Source: Macrostomum lignano (taxonomy: Eukaryota). From it: a stretch of DNA of 64,000 bases. Each line of letters begins with the position of its first letter. Position 1 is the stretch's first letter. The notes beneath the pieces are model-generated. The model ran no database searches. It saw nothing but the letters and a program-made list of their open reading frames with translations, and was not told the origin of the DNA. Shown here piece by piece: positions 13,345 through 28,407 of this stretch. The position numbers and the translations under genes are program-made. The DNA is taken from NCBI GenBank assembly GCA_002269645.1, contig NIVC01001486.1:62001-126000 (forward strand), written 5' to 3'.

Positions 13345-13995
13345 GCCATGCCTTCTGACTCAGAGTCCAGACGTCAGCGAGCAGCTCAACAGCCACGTAC
13401 AGCCCGATCCTCGTTGCGGCCGGTCTCTGGCAGAGCTCATGCCGGTCTCTGGCAGATTCGCAGGTGGGTCGAGAGCTTCTGTTGACTGCTAAAAAAACTG
13501 AAGTGAGGCCTGACAGCCCTGACTGCATGCTGAAGTTCTCCGGCTTTTCAGAGAGAAGCGGCTGAGCGATGGCAGCTGCGTCTCAATGTGTGAATCAGTG
13601 TTACTCACACTCAACATAAAACTTTGCTTGTATTGGATGAGGTGCCAAATATTAGGCTTACAATTATACAAATCACATCTTAAATTCAGTTATTAATTTT
13701 GTTGAGGTCGCGTTAAAAGCCAAAATACACTCATATCGATGATGACGCACTGCAGATGCTGCACGTGGGGATTCGACATGCGTCAGAAAACCCCACAGTT
13801 CAAACGAATCAAATCGATTAATCGACTCGTCAAGCGAGAAAAATTAAACAAAAGTTCTAAGCAGTTTCTTGGTTTTGAAAAAAAAAATTGATTTTAACTG
13901 TTACAGGACATTGTGATACACTGACACATCACCTGCATGAAGGGACTGGGCTGACATTTTCCATGAAGCTGAGCGTCATATAGCGGCTTTTCATG
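13345..13995 (+). repeat. Unnamed dispersed repeat family ('family B'), longest uninterrupted copy
   Basis: Core ggcagattcgcaggtggg plus downstream blocks. Other copies: 2495-2698, 4205-4412, 17590-18085 (minus), 19170-19501 continuing 22870-23205, 26515-26575, 27848-27950, 30855-31071 continuing 31666-32200. Confidence 0.85.
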
Positions 13996-14061
13996 GGTGT
14001 TAAAAGTTGGAGTGCCGCTGAAAGTTGTGAAACTCTGAGTCCCGAGCTCTGCGTAATACGA

Positions 14062-14309
14062 AGAGTGATATGAAGAGTGATATGAAGAGTGATATGAAGA
14101 GTGATATGAAGAGTGATATGAAGAGTGATATAAAGAGTGATATGAAGAGTGATATGAAGAGTGATATGAAGAGTGATATGAAGAGTGATATGAAGAGTGA
14201 TATGAAGAGTGATATGAAGAGTGATATGAAGAGTGATATGAAGAGTGATATGAAGAGTGATATGAAGAGTGATATGAAGAGTGATATGAAGAGTGATATG
14301 AAGAGTGAT
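14062..14309. repeat. 12-bp minisatellite (gagtgatatgaa)
   Basis: Near-perfect tandem array. Confidence 0.97.
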
Positions 14310-15187
14310 AGGGGCTCGAAATCAGGCCCTAGTTGGGTTGGGAGTGACGACACTTAAGAGTGACACTTTGAGAGTTACTTTGAGAGTTTATGAAGTAAAA
14401 AAGCCAAGTTCGAAGCTAAATCTTGAATTGCTTCATTTACTGATCACTATGAAATCTGGATGCTGATACTCAAGGGCTGCATGAAACCCCCTGCCGAAGT
14501 CCCAGCAGTATCGGCTATGACTTCAAGACTGACAGCTAAAAGACACTGGTTGACGGGTCAGTTCAGAGCCTCCTCCAGTCGGATACCCGATTCCCAGAGA
14601 GCCGCTTTTGGCGAGCCAGTTCGCCTTTTACAGTGGGTGAACCTTGTTCGCTTGACCATAGCTCGTATAAGCAAAAGCAGAAATTCTTATGCATTGCTGT
14701 TTATATTGATCGTAACTTGTTATTCACTCTAAATGTACTCAATCGGATAAATCTAGACGATGAAGCATCTTAAAGAGGCTGGATGAATTCGATTAATCAG
14801 CCGTGTTTACCAACAGTAGAGAATGCGAGCATTTAGTTATAATTTTCTAGCCGCCAAGAAAGAGATTCACTCAACAGTGTACTTTGCCTGTCTGGTGGGA
14901 ATCCTGTTGTGACCTTCAAAAATTTATGATATTCTATCACGAAAGATGCAATCTATCTAAAAATAGTTTGTACAGGCAAGCACCTGGGAACACTTCAGAA
15001 CAAGAGCTATGGCGGGTGAGTTGGGGGTGGGCTCTACGGCAACTCCACGGCAAATCCACGGCAAATCCATCGGTTTTTCAGTCTTATATAAAATAGCGTA
15101 AACTGTATGAAGAGAAAATAATCACCAAATAAAATTCTGCTCAAAAATTCAAATCAGCTTTGAGATTTCTGATTAAGAAACTATGCA

Positions 15188-15580
15188 TGGGGAATTCATG
15201 AGAAACTGGAGTGCTGGGGAATTCATGAGAAACTGACGTGTTGGGGAATTCATAAAAAACTGTAGTGCTGGGTAAATTCATGAGAAACTGGAGTGCTGGG
15301 TGAATTCATGAGAAACTGGAGTGCTGGGTGAATTCATGAGAAATTGGAGTGCTGGGGAATTCATGAGAAACTGGAGTGCTGGGTGAATTCATGAGAAACT
15401 GGAGTGCTGGGGAATTCATGAGAAACTGGAGTGCTGGGTGAATTCATGAGAAACTGGAGTGCTGGGTGAATTCATGAGAAATTGGAGTGCTGGGGAATTC
15501 ATGAGAAACTGGAGTGCTGGGTGAATTCATGAGAAACTGGAGTGCTTGGGACTTTATGAGAAACTGGAGTGCTGGGGGAA
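15188..15580. repeat. 28-bp minisatellite (gaattcatgagaaactggagtgctgggt)
   Basis: Tandem array sharing the core gaattcatgagaaactgg with 47600-48420 and 5585-6225. Confidence 0.93.
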
Positions 15581-15791
15581 AATTTCACGAACTTGCTTTA
15601 GAATACTTAAACTCAGAGTAGTGTCTATAAAGCAATTAATTTTCTCTTCGTTGCTTTCAACACTTCAAGGAACTTGCAATCAGTCTATGGCCCAGGCTTC
15701 GGCTCTGTAGCTTGAACGAAAGCCGTGCAGTGAAAAATTCTCATTCAACCTGCGTTAAGCCAGGGCTACGAAATTTTCGATAGCCAAGAGA

Positions 15792-16829
15792 ATGCCGAAC
15801 CAGCGAGACATCGTTGTTGACTTCATCAAGGCTGGCAAGTCTGCAGCAGAATGCATGCGGCACCTGCAGGACATCCACCAGCATGAAGCCATGTCGCGGA
15901 GTCAAGTTTACCATATTTTCGGCCAACTGCGATCTGGTCACGATGGCTCTGATGGTCGCGGCAAGAACCGGGACCCAACCGTACGGACTTCCGCGAACAT
16001 CCAAACCGTGGCCGCGCTGATCCAGCAGGACAGGCGCCTTACCGTCAGGGAGCTGGCAGATGAATCAGGGATCCCTAAGACCACTGTCCATGACATTCTA
16101 GTGCAAGATCTCCATCTCAAGCATGTGTCTGCCAGGTGGGTCCCTCACCTGCTCACTGCTGAGAACCGGGCGGAGCGGGTCCGCTGTGCCCAGGAGTTCC
16201 TCCGGATGATGAGGCAGGAGCCTGGCTTCCTCCGGCGAATCATCACGGCTGATGAAACCTGGCTGCACTACGTGACACCAGAGACCGAGAACCAGTCCAG
16301 GCAGAGGGCCGAACGGGATGCCAAGGCACTAACAAAGTCCCAGGTATCTCTGGGCACCAGAAAAACAATGGCTGTTGTGTTTTTCGACTCGGACGGCTTG
16401 GTGCACACCCATCACGTCCCGCAAGCCCAGACTGTCAACAGTGTCTACTACTGCTCCGTGCTGGACACCTTGATTGAGCAAATTCGACAAAAGAGGCCCA
16501 ACATGGTGCAGGCTGGGTGGTTCCTCCATCATGACAATGCGCCCCCTCACGCGTCGGGCCACACCAGGGAATTCCTGGCCAGTAGAGGCATCCGGGTGGT
16601 TCCGCACCCGCCAAATTCGCCTGATTTGGCACCTGCAGACTTCTGGTTGTTCCCGCATATCAGAAGCAACTTTGCTGGACGCAGGTTTGACACCTTTCAG
16701 GAGGTGAAGAATGCATGGGAGGGGGTCACCGCCTCCATGGCCGCAAACCTGTACGCTGAGGCCTTCAACAAGTGGCAGTTGAGATGGCAACGCTGCACTG
16801 AGAAGGATGGCGACTATGTTGAAAAGTGA
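15792..16829 (+). mobile_element. Mariner (DD34D) transposase ORF, 345 aa, termini eroded
   Basis: WVPHLL, ITADETW, HHDNAPPH and SPDLAPAD with 34 residues between the 2nd and 3rd Asp. YSPDL reads NSPDL. No 5' TIR found; the 3' TIR is cut after ctgtcc. Confidence 0.92.
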
Positions 16830-17104
16830 TTCCTTAGTTACAGCAGCTGTCCATTCTTACTCTTGTCTTTCATCTTTTTCTGATACGCTCAGTCGGCTGA
16901 AAAAACTTTTTTTCTGAATTCTTTGATGCCTCACACAGAGCTTGCTCTGGCACACGTTTTCCTGCAATCTTTGGCTTACTTGACAGAAAGACTTCCAAAC
17001 CCTCAGGTACAGAATACTATTCAAAGCAGTGCATTTTATAGTCAACGAGAACGTCTTTTAGAGGGGTAGGCTTTTCCATTTCCAGATAGGCTTGGCAAAG
17101 GCTT

Positions 17105-17345
17105 GGGCCAATTAGGCATCCACTTCATTGGCACGTGGAGGAGGCGGGGGTCGCTGCGGTTGCAACGGCGGGCATCCACAATTGGCTGCTTCTGCAGAAA
17201 AAGTGCTGCAGATTTCACTGCGGGGAAAGGAGACAGGCAAGACAATGCTGGCACGTAACAAACTTGCATACAGAGGCCTAAATAGCTCACGCGCAGCCCC
17301 TCAACCCAGCCAAGCAGCCACCCTGCTAGCAGTTCAATCACCCTC
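17105..17345 (+). repeat. Dispersed repeat, second copy at 29300-29550
   Basis: Shared ggaggcggggg.tgctgcggttgcaacggcgggcatcca.aattggctgcttctgc..gcggggaaaggagacag. Confidence 0.8.
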
Positions 17346-17379
17346 TCGAGACATCGTGTTCAGCGATGTTGCTTTCGGG

Positions 17380-17548
17380 TCGCCACACACACCCTCAATT
17401 ACCCCAGCTAATGCCATTTAGCTGGCTACAGCTGGGTGAGAACGGAAGGAATGCTGAGTCTCGCTCAAGGACACAAATTGTTCCGAGGGATCGGAAATCG
17501 ATCCCCCAACCTACAAGTCGTGACTCAGATGCTCTAATCACTAGACTA
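17380..17548 (-). mobile_element. Degenerate second copy of the same SINE
   Basis: ctcaattaccccagctaatg..cagctgggtga..gctcaaggacacaaatt.ttccgag..aagtcgt matches 50920-51085. Confidence 0.72.
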
Positions 17549-18264
17549 CAACCCTGGAAGAGATCAAAGAGATCAAAGCCAAGAAGCTGCTCTAAACTTC
17601 TGTTTAATTTTTCGAATAATTTTGATTCGTTTCGTTTGAATGGTGGCGTTTTAAGACGCATGTCGAATTCTCACGTGCAGCATCTGCAGAGCATCATCAT
17701 CGATATGAGTGTATTTTGGCTTTTAACGCGACATCAACAGAATTAATAAATGAATTTAGGTGATTTGTATAAATTTAAGCTCAATATTTGGCTTATTTAA
17801 TACAAGCAAAGTTGTATTGCATGAGAGTGACACTGATTCACACATTGAGATGCAGGTGCAATCGCTCAGCCGCTTCTCTCTGAAAAGCTGGGGAAAGACT
17901 TGATTGTATGTCAGCATGCAATCAGGGCTGTCAGGCCTTCAGCCCTAAATGGTAATTTTTAAGCAACAGAAGCTTACAACCCACCTGCCAATCTGCCAGA
18001 GACCGGCATGGACGTTACGATGGGGCTGCACATGACTGTCGGGCTGCTGCTGACGTGTACGCTGATTACATCGGAGTCGGGCTGGAACAATTTGTGTCCT
18101 TTAGCCAGACAGCATTGCTTCACTTCAGCCAGTTGTATAATGGGTTACATAATTATTATAATTATAATTAATAATTAGCATTAGCATTAGCACCAATTAT
18201 ACAGCTGTTTTAGATGAATATTGTGTTGTTTTGCTCCCTAAGACGTGCTGTTGGGGTCACCAAC

Positions 18265-18432
18265 TCCATGGCCGCAAACCCCTGTAAGCTGAGGCCTTCA
18301 ACAAGTGGCAGTTGAGATGGCAGCGCTGCATTGAGAAGGGTGGCTACTAGTGTTGAAAAGTGCCGTGTGTTCTGCTTCTGTTGTTTCTTGGATTCCTGAT
18401 TACAGCACCTGTCCGATATTTCACCGGACAAC
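18265..18432 (+). mobile_element. Mariner 3' end fragment
   Basis: ccatggccgcaaac..gaggccttcaacaagtggcagttgagatgg..cacctgtccgatatttcaccggaca. Confidence 0.75.
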
Positions 18433-19501
18433 ATCGGACTCAGAATGCTTATAGAATATTAGAATAAGTGAATTACAGCAAGCAGTACAATGTAAAAGAT
18501 TTGAAAATAGAAAAACAGTACAATGCACTGCTAGAAGCCATACGCTGCGCCGGCAAAACCGTGGAAAGACCGGAAAGAGGTAAAATATTAATTTTCTAAT
18601 TTAATTTAGAAATTAGATTTAATTTAATTTAATTAATTTAATTTAATTTAATTTTCTAATCTAATTTAAAACCTTTTCTAATTTAAATTAAATAATAAAT
18701 TTTCTAATTTAATTAGAAAAGAAAATTTTAGAAAAGAAATAAAAAGAAAAGAAATAAAAAGAAAAGAAACGATTTAGAAAAGAAATTTTCTAATAGATAA
18801 TTTAATTAGAAAATTATCTAATTAGAAGTCGGTAGATAATTAAGACTTATTACTTTATTAAGAATTATTAAGACTTATATAAGTTCAAATATAAGTCTTT
18901 TCCGAAAGATGAAATTATTATTGAACTATAATAACTTGAAGTGTTGAACTCATAGTGGATTCATGTTTCTACATAGTGGACATAGAAAAAAAAGTGTGTT
19001 GGACTCATAGTGGACATAGAAAACTCACAATGAGATGTACGATGATTCCACGTTATCATAAGTTTTCATACGGCACTCATAGCAGGTAATAAATAAATAG
19101 CCTGCTATAATACGATGTAGCACGAACAATTTATATTTATATATATATATTCCAACACACTTAAGCTTAAGCATTCAGCTCGATCTCTCTCGACACATCG
19201 CAAATCAGCCATCGTTGCGGCCAGCAATGCCAGCAGCAGACGTCAGCGAGCAGCTCAGCAGCAGCCCGACAGCCACCTCCAGCCCCATCGTTGCGGCCTG
19301 GGACGCAGAGCTCATGGCAGATTCGCAGGTTGGTTTTTGAGCTTCTGTGATTCTCAAGCATGAGGCTTGACAGCCCTGAGTGCATGCTGAAATCCCTGAA
19401 TTTCCTGAATCCCTGAATATTTTTCTGTGAAATCCGGCTTTTCAGAGACCTTCGCAACCTGATGGCTGAGCGATGGCAGCTGCATCTCAATTTGTGTAAA
19501 T

Positions 19502-22500
19502 CCCAGTGAAAAAAATGATATGGATTCCATGTGGATTTTTCATATGAAATCCATATGTGCATTTGTCTCCGTCCATCCATGTGGAATCAAGATATGGATT
19601 CCACATGGAAGATCCATATGGAAGTAATTATGTATTTCACATAGAATCCACATTGTCATTGAGTAAGCAGCCATTATACTGGTTGCCATAATAAATTGTT
19701 GCATCCTCAATCTCAAAATAATACCAGATCTCAAAATTTCATACGAACCCCAGATCTCAATACCATATAAAAGAAACTGAAACACAGATGAAACACTAGC
19801 TATAGCAAAAAATATTTCTGCACAAAAATTCAATATTCAATATTCAAAAACGATGTAAGGTGTATTTATGTACAGTAGTGAGTCACTGGCACACAAAGAA
19901 TAAACACACTGATGTAAATATTGATATCTTTAGAGTTGCACTGCGCATATGATATAATATATAATTTGAAATTGAAATTGTCAATAGCATTAATTAATTA
20001 ACAATAATATAATGCATCAGAATTAGAACAGTCAGAAACATGCTGCTGCCAATTGCCAGAATGCTGCTTCTTCAGGTCAGGTGAGCAACCTTAGAAAAGA
20101 AAGGGGTTAAATTACAGAATTTTATAACAGATTGACAGATTTTGTAATAGATTTTGATAGATTTTGATGACAGAAAAAAATCAGTTTATAACTAAAACTT
20201 ACCATTGCTTCACAAAAGGTAGCATTCGAGATATTAAATTCAAATTCCAAGTAGCTTTGCAAGCTTCTTCAAATGCAAGACCAAGGTGACATCCAAGTTT
20301 GAGGATGGGCCATGTAATGTTAGGCATGAATGAAATAGAAAAATAATTGTTGCCAATTAAGATTGATAAATAATATTGATATAATTCATAAAACTAATTT
20401 AATGATGAATACTTATAAAATAAAATAAAGTTTATTTTAAAATTAACTAGGCCTAAGTCCTAGGTTTATTTTTTAAGCGCAAAGTGTGTATATGCACCCT
20501 AAATTTTAAAATTGCACCTTGAAAATTGAAATTAAAAAGTTGATAATACAGTTTAGGTGTGATCTCATTACCTATTTTTCTGTTGAAGCCTTTTTTGCAC
20601 TGCCTTTATATAAGAAAAAAGAGAAACTACATTCTAAGCCTTAAAATCATAAAACCCTAAAAGTGAGCATAGGGTATGATTTTGCACCTTGTCTCTAGCA
20701 AAAAAGAAAACCCTACCTAAGTCAATCAATAAAATTAAATTAATAAAATTAAAATAATAAGTACAAAAAATTAATATATGTTTCTATAAATTTAATTTTT
20801 GATTTTAAAACTGATTTTAGACTATAAAGTATTTAGGCAAAGCAATGCATGTTTTTTTTATATTTGCTGGCCTATTATAATTAAAAGGGGGGTTGTAGCC
20901 AAGCGGTAGCACAGCTGCTCTAGTGTGCTAGCGACCTAGGCTCGATTCTAAGAGTAGTCACATTAATTTGGGGCTGAATTGGAATCTTGGCTTGGCTCTC
21001 TGCTTGTGCAATTAACAGCCTTGAGAGCCAACCCCCAAGGCACAGTGAAGTATACATGCCTAACAATAAATAAAGTTAGGGCCATTGTATACTCCTGTGT
21101 AAGTGTGCCTGCATACATATCCGCACGCTTGTGTGCCTGCTCAGGGGAGTTAGTGGAATAGGCAGCAATGCCTCTCGCTAGTTGTATGCCTATGTCGCTT
21201 AAAGTGTGCCAGGGTGCATACAACCCCCTGCCTCTAATAAAAAAATAGTATGATTAGGCCTAAACGGTATAGGACAAGACCACCACACTTGGGGGAGCTA
21301 GGAGGGAGGAATTTGGCTCACCATGTTATTGGATGGGGCTGAGGAGGGGTAAGATGGGGAGAGCCAGCAAGACAAGGCCACAAGAGAAGAACTAGTGAGC
21401 AGGCTAGCCTGGCTAGGTAGGTGAGTGAGCCAGGCTCCTTGTTTTTTCATTTAATTTGAATTGTTAAAATTGCCCTGGTTGACTTGCAATCATTTTGGGC
21501 CACTTATTCATCTTATTAGTGACCAATCTTAGGACACTTCCTCCTTATCTAACTCCACAACCCATCATAACCAATAGCAATGCTGAAAGATTGGTAGCTT
21601 CCCCTCAATTCCAATAGTCAGTAAGAGCTGTGGCGGTCTTGGTATGTGGCGGTCTTGGTCATGCACCGGCCTAAACATTAGGCCTAATCTTAAAAGCTAT
21701 GTCCTATGGCTATTAAATTCTGGACTTGGCCTAAATCAGATCAAATTTACAATAATCATTATTTATTTATAATAGCAACCTTAGGGATCTGCTAGGCTAG
21801 CTATGCCAAAAACAGGTTGCAAGTGTAATTGCAAAGAATTATTTATAATGATTAATAATATTGTTTTTAAAAATGCAACAAGTCCAAAAGATGCTAATAG
21901 GCTTTTTTGAAGAAAATCATAAATGAATAGATTTTTAACAGATTAACTAGATTGACTAGTCACAATTCACAAAGTCAAGCGAGGCCTAGTCTTAACCTTA
22001 ATTAAAATAGAAGGACCTGAATTGATAGTTATAGGCCTAGCTTAAAATAGGCCTAATATTAGGCCTAATAAGCATACATAAATAGATAGGCCCTAGGCCT
22101 AGGACTAATAGGTAGGACTAAGAGGAAATTATGAACTTCGAAAGGCCTATTTAAGTTTAAAAAATGAGTAGCCAATCTATGGACAAGGCCATTGGATTCC
22201 TAGAAATTGGATAAGCCTAAATAAATTTATCATGGATGGATTTTACCAAAACTGGCAAAAGTATTAGGCCTATCTATGATGAAATACTGATTTATCTAAT
22301 TTCTAATCCCATGGAGGCCATGGCCTTATAAGTTATTGCCTATAGGCTACGTCTACTAAAATTTTTAAGGTGCTTAAATAGCCATAAACAAGGCAATTTA
22401 TCTTTCAAGGCCTTGAACCATGCAAGACATTGACGAATATAAAATAAAATAAATTTAATCTTAAAAAGCACGAAACGTTTTTTATTGTTCACTTCTATTT

Positions 22501-22869
22501 TGTCTATTTTAACAAACATTATCTTATTTTCTGATTAAAATTTAGCTTTAAGATATTAATTTTTACTTAAAAGCATATAAATGTAATAATTAATTATAGT
22601 AATTTTATAAAAACGTCTGAATGTGGTGTATCACAGTTTTTTATCGAAGTGGATTCCATGTTGAATCAATATACGCTTATTTCTAATGAATTCCTTGTAA
22701 AATCCACATCAACATTAGGACAGTAAAAATTAAAAAATAATGCATAAAAAATACTTTGCATACCATTATGTCATCTTTAAGTCATTAATTTGCAAAAATT
22801 AAGGAAACATTTAAATTCCACATGGCCACGTGGAACCCACGTGGAATCCATGAATCATTTTTCACTGGG
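19502..22869. mobile_element. Non-autonomous CMC/EnSpm-type DNA transposon, 3368 bp
   Basis: Ends CCCAGTGAAAAA..ATGGATTCCA(T/C)GTGG (about 33-bp imperfect TIR), 2-bp AT duplication, subterminal ccatgtggaatc-like repeats. Empty site tgtgtaaatca is seen in a sister repeat at ~31785. No transposase ORF. Confidence 0.85.
20887..21246 (+). mobile_element. Probable tRNA-headed SINE nested in the CMC element
   Basis: ggggttgtagccaagcggtagc (A box), ggctcgattct (degenerate B box), ends in aataaaaaaa. Not a foldable intact tRNA by eye. Confidence 0.45.
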
Positions 22870-24039
22870 ATCACACTATGATTAGATGCATCAAATCTTT
22901 GACTTTTTTCCTAAATTCATGTTAATTAATTTCATTAAATTCTGTTAATAGCCGCGCGTTAAAAGCCAAAATACACTCCTATCGATTCGATCGATGATGA
23001 GCTGCAGCTGCACTGCAGGTGTGAATTCGCCATGCGTCTGAAACCGCCAGAATTAATCGATTGATCGACTTTGTCAATCGGGCACACTTAAACAAAAGCG
23101 AGAAAAACAGACACATCACATGTACATGAAAATTCCATTAACATAAAGCTTCAGCTTCTGGCAACACTAATTTATTTCACGAGCAGGTAGAATGAGCCTC
23201 ATGAGAATGAGGTAGAATGTTCCCACCAGCACCAGCCCTCCCCTTTCTACCTAGGAGGATAAAGACAATATAATTTATATCCGTTGCAGATCAACTGAAC
23301 TGATCAATGAACTTGCAAAGTACGTAAATTAAAATATAATAAAGCACAACAAATTGCTTTAAAAGAATCATTGTTCATATTTAAAGTTTTGGCTATATTA
23401 ATGTAGATTAGATATTTTTTGTACCTATAAATGCTAAATAAAAGAAAAAATGCTTAAGACATTAAGACTTTAAACTCGGAAGAATTGTTTAATTTAATGA
23501 GCGTCGCGGAAATTTAGGAGTTATGTCCGAATTTATCTACTGCGGTTAGTAGTGCGCAAAGTTTTTTGCAGTAGTAGTAAATGTGGAATTTCATATTTAG
23601 AAGCCCTGACGCCAAATCTCAGTCGTTTTTTGCTCGCCGTAGCAACGCTTGCTCTCACACATTTCTTGCTCTCTCAAATTTAAATTAAACTATTAAATTT
23701 AACAAAAGTACATAACTCTTATCACGGATACGAGTTTGTTTAATGACAAAACGTAGAATTTTTTCTTAATTTTTACACGGTCTCCAATCTCAATTATTTC
23801 TTTATTTAATTTTAACCATAATGCAAGAAAAATGAATAGTGAGCAGTTGGAGATGCGAGTGGGATATCACTCCAGCAGCAATTCACTGTAAAACATGTGT
23901 AACCAATGAATTATTAATTGTATTAGGTCAATATGATTTTCATATCTTATATTTTTGCGGCGTAGGTAAGCGGAGTATTTGAGAATTGCCCCTCAGTCAT
24001 TACTCCTGGACAGCCTGGACAGTCTCTTAACTCGAGAAT

Positions 24040-25690
<1,651 letters not shown>

Positions 25691-28077
25691 TGATGATGAG
25701 CCGGCGGGGCAGGATGCAGCCCTTCAAACTGAGGTGAGGCTCATCCATGAAGAGCGTGAGCACAACCGAGCACATGAGGCAGAGGGGCAGGAGAGAAACC
25801 CTGGGCTCAGGGCAGGGCCAGCTGTACGAGCCTGGGGTGGGTGTATTTTTAGCACGCCTGGAGCTCTACAGTTTGGTTTTCTGTCTGCCCGGCCGTGCCT
25901 AGGCGCTCCGCCCCTCCGCTCGCCGCCCACGCAAATGATACAGCCAAGGACGACTTAAGTAGACGGACGGGAAACCTCGTTTCTTAGAAATTTTAGAAGG
26001 CAGGTGTTTCCGAAAAAATACACTACGGAGATAAAAAGTTTTCATTTTTTCAGCACAAAAGTTGTTATTGCTTTCGATAAGAGGCCGATCCAGTGTTCAT
26101 TTTTGATATGTTGCACAATGACGTCACCACACAGCAGTAAATTGGCGAGTTTTGCTATGTTTCCAAACTTACCATGACATGACTTGCTTGAGGCAATCTT
26201 CCTAATAAACTTGCGGTCTAATCATTTTCAAGTTAAACAAGTTTTGCATGTCTCAAAGAGAGGAGGTTGATTGGAGACTTCGAACTGTAGAGAGCAGTGT
26301 TCTCCTTGCTTGCTGTTGTCCAGCTCTCCCTTCGTGCTGCGAGTCTGCCTGCAGCCCGGAGCAGGGCTCGCCATTTTCTCTCAGGTCAACCAGTCTGCCT
26401 GGTGTATTTCTATTGCTCAACAGGGTGGGGGCTGTGAAGGTCTTAGAAATCGAATCTTAGTTGCAGCGCTTGTTGAAGAAATTCTTAGAGTTTATCCAAT
26501 CAACAACAATTACCGATCAGACTCAGACTCCGAGTCCAGGACCCGAGCGGTGCCAGCAGCAGCGGATGACTCCAGAGAGCTTTTTTGTCCCTTTTCCACA
26601 ATTTCAGACCCGCGAACTTTGATTTTGATCACACAGACAGCTGACATGTAGACTGTCACATTAATTTAAAACTTGGCAATGGAGTTGGTCAGTAAACAAT
26701 CCACAGAGAGTGTGCAAGTGCCGCTGTACACCCAGTCAGAGCGTGTGTATGAGGGTGCTGCATGCGTATTGGCGCGCTTGTATGGTGTGCTCAGAAGTCA
26801 GAGGAATGAGCAGAATTGCCGTCAGTGCTGTATGTGAGAGAAGGTGGCCCACATTCACCTGCGAATATATTAATATTAAAAGCACTTGCACTTACTTACT
26901 GACCCTCAACTAAAAGTTTGTCCTTGGCTGTACTGGGCGTACCTAAATAGGGGCAGTGTATTTGAAATAAAAACGGTGGCAGTGTAAGGCACAACATAGC
27001 AAATTCTTCTTATCAAGATTTATAACACAGAGTTGAATAGGAAGCGAAGTTAGCCATTAAAAGAGGCCCATAATAAGCTGCATCTCATTATTCTGGTAAA
27101 CAATAAATGAATAATACTTTATTCACGGTCTTGAATAAGTATAACAATAAAGTTCATAAGGCCCAGGATTGTAACCGCAGTCGCGTCGGGATCTGCACCG
27201 CGCCCCAGCCAGCGACGGTGCGACGTCGCTGTCGGCGATGCGAGCTTCTGACGCCATGGACGACTCTGCTGGACTGCCGCTGGCTCTGACGAGCTGCTGA
27301 AAACAGATCTGACTGTTAACAGCACAGTGGCTAAATACGAGTTACGGAATGGCACCGGCCTGAATTGTCACAGCTGTGATTGGCTGGCTGCAGGAGTCTC
27401 AGTGCAGCCAGCGTGGCTATAGCACAGACGGCGACCCTGGATGTACCATTGTTAGTAGCTGCTAAATAGCTTTTTGCGTGGGTGTTAGGACTGAGAAATT
27501 GTAAAGAATAAGAGAATGAAAGAAGTAGCTGGAAAGCGGGACTTCATGCAGGCAATTCCGCGGGAAACCCACAGTTTTTCTCACGCTTTTGCTACGAGCG
27601 TACAAATAGCCTGGCTGGCTGGAAATATTGGCCCTGCCGTTGAGCAACTGCTCAGAACTTGAAAAACCACCCTATGCACTGTTTGAGCTGCGCACATTGA
27701 ATTTTGCTTATCACACAATCGGACACTTACAGTCGCTGTGGATGTTGTGGTGATGCTTGTGGTGTCTGAGGGATATAGGTGTGGCGTTTGAGGGTGATTT
27801 TTGTGGAGTCGGATTGCGATTTTTGTGCATGGGATCAAGCTAAGTCAAAGACTCCGAGTCCAGAAGCCCAGCAATGCCAGCAGCAGACGACGTTAGCGAG
27901 CAGCTCCGGCAGCTGCCCGACAGCCACATGCAGCCCCATATTTGTGGCCTGAGGATCAGATTAGATTAGATCAGATTTTCCAGGAGCGGTTGTGGCCACC
28001 TAATCACGGACAACAACCAAGGGCACACAAAGGACTTGCTTGAAGAGTTCACGAACTTGCTTTAGAATAAGTATGAT

Positions 28078-28225
28078 GTCCCGCACCTGCAAGATATCCA
28101 CCAACATGAGTCGCGGAGTCAAATTTCTCATATTTTCAGCCAACTGCGATCTGGTCACGAGGTCATCTGGTCATCTGGTTCTGATACTCGGGGCACTAAC
28201 CGGGACCCAACCGTACGGACTTTCG
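28078..28225 (+). mobile_element. Degenerate mariner 5' ORF fragment
   Basis: cacctgcaagatatccacc..gccaactgcgatctggtcacga..accgggacccaaccgtacggactt matches 15860-15990. Confidence 0.7.
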
Positions 28226-28407
28226 CCGTCGGTTGCTGTCGAAATTTTGAGCTTTTTTTTAATCAGTGACTAGACGGCTCCTAAATTCAAAATTAAATTC
28301 TGTTGACGTTGCGTTAAGATTTAGTCAAAATGCACTCGTATTGATGAGCTTCATATTGAGTAGCAATCAGTGTAAAACATCTGCAACTAATTGTTACAGA
28401 ACTTGTT

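Noticed and set aside
18590-18850. AT-rich quasi-palindromic tract
   Set aside because: Low-complexity sequence without defined ends or target duplication.
20887-20958. Functional tRNA gene
   Set aside because: Degenerate B box and no convincing acceptor stem; more consistent with a SINE head.
27119-27355. 78-aa minus ORF with hydrophobic C-terminus in a GC-rich patch
   Set aside because: No domain, no splice context and no paralogue in the window.
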